Both the position numbers and the translations under genes were made by a program. The notes under the pieces are model-generated. The model worked only from the letters and a program-made list of their open reading frames with translations, searched no databases and was not told where the DNA came from. Source: a virus. Taken from it: a stretch of DNA of 64,000 nt. The stretch is taken from positions 64,001 through 128,000 of IMG/VR virus record IMGVR_UViG_3300026521_000466; one strand, given 5' to 3'. Below, in pieces: positions 57,926-64,000 of this stretch. Position 1 is the stretch's first letter, and every line of letters starts with the position of its first letter.

Positions 57926-59674
57926 TTACATAAAGTCGTCACCGAATCCGAATCCAGCTGTGCCGCTGAAGTCATCATCAATAAATCCACCAAATCCATT
58001 ATCGGAGAATCCGATGCTATCAAAGCTTGTAATGTCAGGCATTGCCAATCCACCACCCATATCTTCAACAGCAGGAATTTGTAGATTTATACCACATTCA
58101 CGAATTGCTCTAAATAGAGTCAATACGAATTCTGATGTTAAGAACACTCTCTCTTTTACGCCAGTGATTTTGATATCTGGCGATACCTTATTCATCAATT
58201 TCAAGTAGAGATCCACTGAATTCATGGACTTGTCAAACAAACCATTGTCCAGCCTCATCTTGATGATTGCGTCTCTTACACCGAACTTTTTCAGTACCAT
58301 AAGGGTATCAATTTCATCCAGTGATCTTTCGCCTCGTCTGCCGTCTTTGAAATAGCCTGTAGGCATTGTAATAGACTGTCTTCCAAATATCTTTCTCTCC
58401 GGGAAGTTCAATGGAAATTTCCCATTCGTGAACTCATGAGCGCCTTTAACCAACTCTTTTAGATAAGGCTTGTTTGGATCTCCCTTACCGAATGCTTCTT
58501 TAGATGCTCTTAGTAGAGTAGTAAAGTGTACAGACTGAGACATAAATTTCGTTATGTCAAATGCTAACAATGGTGCGCCCTCTGCAAGATTAGATAGTAG
58601 ATCCAATCTGTCTTCATATGGAATGGACTCATCAGCCAGGTTGATCTTCTTAGGTTCTTCATTACCAAGTGAATTTATGATCAGTTCCAGCTCGCCCGGG
58701 TTCTTGCCTGGTACACCCGCATTAGCCAATGCAATCTCCTTCCATCGTCCTTGTGCGGTGGCCGCTCCAGCAGCTGCAATGGTCATCAGTGTTGTCCCCA
58801 ATGATGTTATAAACGCATCTTCCAATGCATTAACCACCATTACTGGGTGAGCTACAATCTTACCAGTTGCTTTCATTGCACGAGAAATCTTTGCATCAGC
58901 ATGTGTTCTAATAGAAGCATTTCTACTAGACCCTGCCAAAAATTGGATGTTTCCGACTATTTTTCCAATTTGTACCGCTGTACCTTCATGATTTATTTCG
59001 TCGGAACCATCACCATCAATAGCTGTCATTGTGATTGAATACTCTACAAATTGCGGCATTCCATTTATAACATAGCCATCGTTTGCATTTATAATAGTAG
59101 GGTATGCCTTAATAGTTCTTGCATGCGCCAATAATTCACCGTATTGAGCTTCGGACCAACCGTTTTCATATTTAGCAGATACACTATTTATGAAGTTTGC
59201 CGCCAATGAACCATAGAATCGCACATTATTATCATCTGAAAGATCCACATTGGACCAGATGATATTTCCATCAATAGAGACCACTTTTATATCAGCGCCA
59301 TATTTCTCTTTCAGGATAGTTGTTATTGCTTTACCTGCCCTAACGTTTAATGCGTTCGATGGAATAATTGGGGCACGTACGCCTCTATCAATCAATTCAC
59401 TGTACTCTCTCGGCATGATTGCTTCTTTGTTTGTACATGCATAAACAAACAAGAAGTTTACAACTACATTGCCAACTTTTTTTGCCAAGATAGCTATGTT
59501 ATACGACAGATCATACTGTCCTTTTTCCAACGAAATCACAGTGATCTCTGAAAAAGCAGGTGTTTCTGCAAAGTAACTCTGGAGTTTATGGTTGAATTCC
59601 TCAACCTCCGGATGTCTACCCTCGTTGGGGTCTACGAATGCTCGTTTTAAATCTGATAGGCTTTTTACTGCCAT
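57926..59674 (-). CDS. chmA: Chimallin, major phage-nucleus shell protein (phiKZ gp54-like)
   Basis: Recalled ChmA motifs SIDG..I, G.P, AH.FTNG.F, GYF.D...G.R.LDEID.L, ITG..ERV.....F...L..A...CG; 582 aa; near DNAP and beta'-N; early promoter. Confidence 0.85.
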   Translation of the reverse strand: MAVKSLSDLKRAFVDPNEGRHPEVEEFNHKLQSYFAETPAFSEITVISLEKGQYDLSYNIAILAKKVGNVVVNFLFVYACTNKEAIMPREYSELIDRGVRAPIIPSNALNVRAGKAITTILKEKYGADIKVVSIDGNIIWSNVDLSDDNNVRFYGSLAANFINSVSAKYENGWSEAQYGELLAHARTIKAYPTIINANDGYVINGMPQFVEYSITMTAIDGDGSDEINHEGTAVQIGKIVGNIQFLAGSSRNASIRTHADAKISRAMKATGKIVAHPVMVVNALEDAFITSLGTTLMTIAAAGAATAQGRWKEIALANAGVPGKNPGELELIINSLGNEEPKKINLADESIPYEDRLDLLSNLAEGAPLLAFDITKFMSQSVHFTTLLRASKEAFGKGDPNKPYLKELVKGAHEFTNGKFPLNFPERKIFGRQSITMPTGYFKDGRRGERSLDEIDTLMVLKKFGVRDAIIKMRLDNGLFDKSMNSVDLYLKLMNKVSPDIKITGVKERVFLTSEFVLTLFRAIRECGINLQIPAVEDMGGGLAMPDITSFDSIGFSDNGFGGFIDDDFSGTAGFGFGDDFM

Positions 59675-59762
59675 GGTATTCTCCTTTTTTAAATAAACTT
59701 TATGCTACCTAAGTAGCGCCTCATTCCAGCCGGCCGTGATGAGGTGTTATCCTACATCACTG

Positions 59763-59772
59763 TAATAATATA
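59763..59772 (-). promoter_or_regulatory. Early promoter motif for chimallin, followed by a structured ~85-nt leader
   Basis: TATATTATTA, then hairpins GTGATG(T)AGG/CCTCATCAC and GCTAC-TTAG-GTAGC. Confidence 0.7.
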
Positions 59773-59886
59773 CGTTTAAAAAAAAACGACTTGCAATATT
59801 TGTTATCCACTAACCGAAGTTAGCAGAGACATCTATTGTCATATAATAGGTTAAATAAAAAAATAGTAAGAGTGGACCTGCCACCC

Positions 59887-60279
59887 TTACCTTTTTGTTA
59901 TATTAACGATACCCATTTTTAAACCATAAACATATTGAGCTACTAAGTCAGCCTCTTCTGCACTTAAATCAGTTACCGTAATATCTAATGTAGTCTTATC
60001 AGAAGCTAGCACTATAGATTGTATGTTTATCCATTGCAGTGAGAATATATGTTTCTCATTTGTTATATTGTCCCTAAACTCTACAAATGTATCTTTGGAC
60101 ATATCTGTTATTGGAATGTTCCTGTCTACACATACCTGTGAGTTAATTGTATCAAGGTTTGGATCTTTGGTCAAAGCTGCTGTATAATTGATAATATTCA
60201 ATATAGTAACATTCTTATGCTCTAGCCCTATTACAGAACTAACTGTAGTAAAGTCATAATTTTTATATAGTTCAAACAT
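59887..60279 (-). CDS. Conserved small chimallivirus protein
   Basis: Y.F.T....IG..HKNV....I.NY..A...WI motif; likely start ATG 60279. Confidence 0.6.
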   Translation of the reverse strand: MFELYKNYDFTTVSSVIGLEHKNVTILNIINYTAALTKDPNLDTINSQVCVDRNIPITDMSKDTFVEFRDNITNEKHIFSLQWINIQSIVLASDKTTLDITVTDLSAEEADLVAQYVYGLKMGIVNITKR

Positions 60280-60338
60280 ATTTTTCCTTTTGGGTTCTTT
60301 CTCATTAAAAAAATAAAGAAGACGGATCAACCGCCCCT

Positions 60339-60686
60339 TCACACACCATATATCATAGCGGATTCATTGTAATCCAACAAGTGTGGTATTCCATTATCCT
60401 GAGTGTCTGTATGCCTGGCTAACACCACAGCAGTCAATGTATCTAAGAGCTTTGTGAAGATACGAAGTTCGTGCTTCTCCAATATCCTCATACCTCCAGA
60501 CTTAGTATACATATTAATGAACTCATTGATAGAAAGAGCCATTCCTCTACCCGCCATGTACATTTTAATATCCTCATTGATATACTTCTTAATAAAATCC
60601 TTTTCTACCTCTTTATTAAGAAATATGTCATTGCTATTATGGATTATCACCTTTAATGGATCAGGTGTTTTTCTATATATCAACAT
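60339..60686 (-). CDS. Early hypothetical protein
   Basis: Likely start is ATG 60686 after GGGAG. Confidence 0.6.
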   Translation of the reverse strand: MLIYRKTPDPLKVIIHNSNDIFLNKEVEKDFIKKYINEDIKMYMAGRGMALSINEFINMYTKSGGMRILEKHELRIFTKLLDTLTAVVLARHTDTQDNGIPHLLDYNESAMIYGV

Positions 60687-61054
60687 TTTATCTCCCTTAA
60701 AGATACATAATTCAGCGTTGCTGTCTGTACTGAACAGACACACCCTAATGATTTAAATATGTTAATGAAGTACTTATAAAGATCCTCACACAGTTCATTA
60801 AACGTAATCACTGCTTCTTCATCAAGTAGATCAATATCCATAATGCCTTCCATAAGATCACTGTATAGATAACACAGCAATTCATAATCAACGGCTGTAT
60901 CAATATCCCCAAATGTTTCGCCTGTATTAATAAACCCATATATATCATCAACAATCTTATTGGACAAATCAACAAGATTTACCTGTATACCTATCCTGTT
61001 TCCAATCATGACTATATCAGAAAATGCTTTTGGGCTCTTACGCACAGTAGTCAT
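60680..61054 (-). CDS. Early hypothetical protein
   Basis: 124 aa, AGGAGG RBS, overlaps its neighbours. Confidence 0.65.
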   Translation of the reverse strand: MTTVRKSPKAFSDIVMIGNRIGIQVNLVDLSNKIVDDIYGFINTGETFGDIDTAVDYELLCYLYSDLMEGIMDIDLLDEEAVITFNELCEDLYKYFINIFKSLGCVCSVQTATLNYVSLREIKC

Positions 61055-61518
61055 ACACCCTCCTTTAATTTAATAAACAACTTACCATGCCTGAAGAAGA
61101 AATTACTTATTCCCATAGTATATAGTTTAGTCTGTCTGCAAAATTCGCAAAACACATAAATGGTATAATCTAACTCTTGAATAATAGTATCCTCTGTCTC
61201 CATATGTATTCTATCATAAAGTTTTGGTTTTTTATCACCGTCAATGTACCGATCTATATATTTACAATAATCCAAACCATTATAGTAGAGATCATCTATT
61301 ACAGAACTATGGATGTCATGTATACTCTCATCACTAATAATTCCTTTCTCTTCATGTTCGGCTATACTATAGACTATAGCCCTATCGAACAAAAGTTCGA
61401 TAAACTCTAGTCCTGATTTTGCTGAACCGAAAACTATAGAGAACGCTCTTACCGCATCCCTTAATTCATTAGAAAACTCCATTACCATTACATTATTTAT
61501 GATTTTTGGTTTTTCCAT
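61051..61518 (-). CDS. Early hypothetical protein
   Basis: 155 aa within the operon. Confidence 0.65.
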   Translation of the reverse strand: MEKPKIINNVMVMEFSNELRDAVRAFSIVFGSAKSGLEFIELLFDRAIVYSIAEHEEKGIISDESIHDIHSSVIDDLYYNGLDYCKYIDRYIDGDKKPKLYDRIHMETEDTIIQELDYTIYVFCEFCRQTKLYTMGISNFFFRHGKLFIKLKEGV

Positions 61519-61520
61519 AA

Positions 61521-61943
61521 CTACTCCAACTCGAATATCTCCAGTATTGTGATATTCTTCTTATTTGTATCTAATATTTTGTGTAGCACAAAATTTGTAT
61601 GCTCTCCAGCATTATGGAGAGCATCTATGCTGTGTTGCATTCGTTTTGCTGCATGTGCAATAATATCATTAAGTATATGAGCCTGTTTTAATACAAACTC
61701 ACGTATCTCTTCCTTACTACCGCTATATAGCACAGATGCAAATATCAAAGCCTCTTCATATCCATGAATGTTATAGGATTGCAAAACATCAATATCGCAA
61801 ACGCCCATACCACCCACATCTATTTTTATAATATGAGTTCCTTTTACAGGCATATACTCTGTAATATTATTAAAATAGACCATAGCTATAGAATCAGCTA
61901 TATCAGGATGAAAACTTCTTTTAAATAATTTTTGTTCCATCAA
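61521..61943 (-). CDS. Early hypothetical protein
   Basis: 140 aa within the operon. Confidence 0.65.
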   Translation of the reverse strand: MMEQKLFKRSFHPDIADSIAMVYFNNITEYMPVKGTHIIKIDVGGMGVCDIDVLQSYNIHGYEEALIFASVLYSGSKEEIREFVLKQAHILNDIIAHAAKRMQHSIDALHNAGEHTNFVLHKILDTNKKNITILEIFELE

Positions 61944-62589
61944 ACACTCCTTTTATCTCATCCATATCTGCATTATGGATAGATACTGATTCAGCACGTC
62001 GCTGATGCAACATATAATCATACCTCTCCTCTTTAAAAGAGTTACCCTTACTCATAGTGAGATAGTCGCCATCAACATTGATTGAATATGTGTAGTCTCT
62101 CTCAATTGGAAGGCTATCCACAAACCTAGCAATAGCATCATGTGCATCAATATCCACCTTACCATAATACTCCACAAATAGTTTATTTATTATACTATCT
62201 AAATTACCCATGCCTCTATAATCTCTTTTAAGAATCGGTAGTGTGTTTCCAGAGATAGGACATGAGTAAATTAGTTGTTTATAGATAGACTTCACATAGA
62301 TAACGCCCTCTATAGCATCTTCTAATAATCTACCTAATGCAACAGGCATGGATGGTCTCGGAGTACAGTATTCAAAAATATGTCTATCGACACCCAATCT
62401 CTTATCCTGTTTTATTACAGCAGTACTAAATTCTTTTTGTGTCATACCATACTCTTCGGCAGTCATTATAGAGAACCTCTTTCCTCTAGGATAAAGTCCC
62501 ACCATATTATCCAACTTATGTCGTCCTACCATCATGTATACTTTAAGTAACATGTTTGAAATAGGTGCTGTTATTGTACTCATTACCAT
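61921..62589 (-). CDS. Early hypothetical protein
   Basis: 222 aa, AAAGGA RBS. Confidence 0.7.
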   Translation of the reverse strand: MVMSTITAPISNMLLKVYMMVGRHKLDNMVGLYPRGKRFSIMTAEEYGMTQKEFSTAVIKQDKRLGVDRHIFEYCTPRPSMPVALGRLLEDAIEGVIYVKSIYKQLIYSCPISGNTLPILKRDYRGMGNLDSIINKLFVEYYGKVDIDAHDAIARFVDSLPIERDYTYSINVDGDYLTMSKGNSFKEERYDYMLHQRRAESVSIHNADMDEIKGVFDGTKII

Positions 62590-62873
62590 CCTTTAATTTT
62601 AATAATCATTCTATCATCCACTACTTCAAAAAGCAGCTCTACCTCTGTCCCATGCAATGACTGAATCATATGAATGTTCTTTAGTATGAAATCTGTTGCA
62701 TATTTTCTCGCCATCATCTCGATATCATACGTTGGCCTTTTAAGAGATTGAAATTCGTTTCTGGACTTAAAAGACACCTTACTTATACCCAGTCTTAAGT
62801 TTAATAGAAAAGCTTCTATAAACATATAGTAGATGCTATTTAAATTATAGCCTTTACTATACACTTCAACCAT
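62583..62873 (-). CDS. Early hypothetical protein
   Basis: 96 aa, AGGAGG RBS. Confidence 0.65.
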   Translation of the reverse strand: MVEVYSKGYNLNSIYYMFIEAFLLNLRLGISKVSFKSRNEFQSLKRPTYDIEMMARKYATDFILKNIHMIQSLHGTEVELLFEVVDDRMIIKIKGW

Positions 62874-62935
62874 ACCATCCTCCTTTTTTCATCATATAAA
62901 AACAACCAATTGAATTAATCAACAGGCCTCTACTG

Positions 62936-62945
62936 TAATAATATA
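62936..62945 (-). promoter_or_regulatory. Early promoter motif
   Basis: TATATTATTA heading the small-gene operon. Confidence 0.7.
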
Positions 62946-62983
62946 CAAAAGAAAAAATAGGCTAGTCAATATGGCTAAAGAGG

Positions 62984-63304
62984 CTATGAAACCTCTTTCA
63001 GCACCCCCTTTGCAAGGATATACGTTTCTATACCCATACCCGCTGAAATATTAGCAATTTGCTTAATTAAATCAGCATCGGCAAACTCTTCAGACACGGC
63101 CAGAGCATCACCTGGAAGCAACATAGTTTTAAATTCGCTCACTGCATCTCTTCTGTTTCTTACATACGGCCTATATGTAGATAACTCATCCATATCCTCA
63201 TCACTGATATCCAGCACCTCACATATAATGAATGTGTCACTATTATCATATTTATCCCTTAACTCTTTCAATGTTTGCATTGATATTCTTGTTATTAAAC
63301 TCAT
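62984..63304 (-). CDS. Early hypothetical protein
   Basis: 106 aa, AAGGAG RBS. Confidence 0.7.
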   Translation of the reverse strand: MSLITRISMQTLKELRDKYDNSDTFIICEVLDISDEDMDELSTYRPYVRNRRDAVSEFKTMLLPGDALAVSEEFADADLIKQIANISAGMGIETYILAKGVLKEVS

Positions 63305-63333
63305 GCATACTCTCCTTTTTAGTTATTATACTA

Positions 63334-63343
63334 TAATAATATA
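63334..63343 (-). promoter_or_regulatory. Early promoter motif
   Basis: TATATTATTA about 30 nt upstream of the start at 63304. Confidence 0.7.
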
Positions 63344-63376
63344 CCAATGAGTAAAAATGAAAGAGACAGTATAGGA

Positions 63377-64000
63377 TTAGTATCCTATACTGAATGTGTG
63401 TTTCATCAATCTGTCCATGGCACGCTCATCTGTCATGAAAAGTTGTTTAGGCAGAGTGTTATTCAACTCTTCCAAATAAGTTTGATAACTATCGCTGTAT
63501 TCGTTTATTATATTCTCTATAATAGATAACTCCTGACCGTTATACAGTCCTGACTGAGCTACCCTAACCACACCTTCGTTATATAGATATGCCTTGTATG
63601 CGTGGAGTCCTATCTCTGCGATCTTTGGGTAGTATGCAGGGTGTATCTCTGTAAAGTTTTCACTATACGACACTAATACTCTTATAGATTTACCCATGAC
63701 CATATTGATATTCTCGTATACAATCACTTCATCATGACTTATCTTCTCTAATTGCGCTGTTGATACTGGAGTGGCTTCTGACATAGAAGCAGCCATATAA
63801 TCGGCAGCAACAATAGGTGTCTTCTGAATATTGTTTAATTGTGGGTTTCCTAATCCAGTTCTATCAAACGTTTTTTCAGATAACTCCAAGGCACTAATAA
63901 TATTTCTTCCATTTCTTAAATTGGAAGGTATCTTATATAAAAGTACATTATCAGATATAGTTATTGGAGTAATATCATCTAATGGTATCTCTAACTCTAC
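63377..64000 (-). CDS. Conserved chimallivirus protein, 5' end beyond the window
   Basis: A.KAYLYN....V....LY.GQEL.....II.EYSD....Y...M.D motif; the frame appears to stay open to the window edge. Confidence 0.65.
   Translation of the reverse strand, partial: VELEIPLDDITPITISDNVLLYKIPSNLRNGRNIISALELSEKTFDRTGLGNPQLNNIQKTPIVAADYMAASMSEATPVSTAQLEKISHDEVIVYENINMVMGKSIRVLVSYSENFTEIHPAYYPKIAEIGLHAYKAYLYNEGVVRVAQSGLYNGQELSIIENIINEYSDSYQTYLEELNNTLPKQLFMTDERAMDRLMKHTFSIGY

Noticed and set aside
59720-59760. Hammerhead- or HDV-like ribozyme in the chimallin leader (GTGATGAG, GGCCGGC)
   Set aside because: Lacks the CUGAUGA...GAAA core and the HDV nested pseudoknot elements.
59803-59811. DnaA-box-like TTATCCACT upstream of chimallin
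   Set aside because: Single 8/9 match, expected by chance; it overlaps a hairpin arm.
1-64000. Genome-wide TAG recoding (alternative genetic code)
   Set aside because: Long core genes are intact under code 11 and several end in TAG at the expected position; only one internal TAG was noticed.
1-64000. CRISPR array, tRNAs, inteins, homing endonucleases, transposases, reverse transcriptase/DGR, PhuZ tubulin
   Set aside because: No repeat-spacer periodicity, cloverleaf with T-loop, or diagnostic protein motifs seen by eye; they may lie outside the window.

Overview
AT-rich (roughly one-third GC by eye), densely coding segment of a phiKZ-related, nucleus-forming jumbo phage (Chimalliviridae-like). 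Homologies were recognised from remembered motifs and synteny; no database search was run, so phiKZ gp numbers are approximate. Recognisable genes: chimallin (57926-59674); four of the five non-virion RNA polymerase subunits (beta'-N with NADVDGD, beta-C, beta'-C, sigma-like gp68); a PicA/Imp1 (gp69)-like import factor; a virion RNAP beta' fragment; a split family-B DNA polymerase; DnaB-like and SF2 helicases; the major capsid protein; head, inner-body and baseplate proteins; a tailspike module; a ThyX-like and an RNase H-like protein. Main findings: (1) a free-standing ~460-nt, ~50% GC, heavily base-paired non-coding transcription unit with its own early-type promoter and terminator (14012-14478, minus strand) that matches no RNA family I recognise; (2) a candidate programmed -1 frameshift in a tail/baseplate chaperone-like gene pair; (3) a 12-copy early promoter motif TATATTATT(T)A; (4) a recurrent N-[LM]-E motif in head proteins that suggests a shifted prohead protease specificity; (5) an internally duplicated ThyX with complementary motif loss; (6) a second structured non-coding element near 40.1 kb. 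No tRNA, rRNA, CRISPR array, intron or intein was seen.
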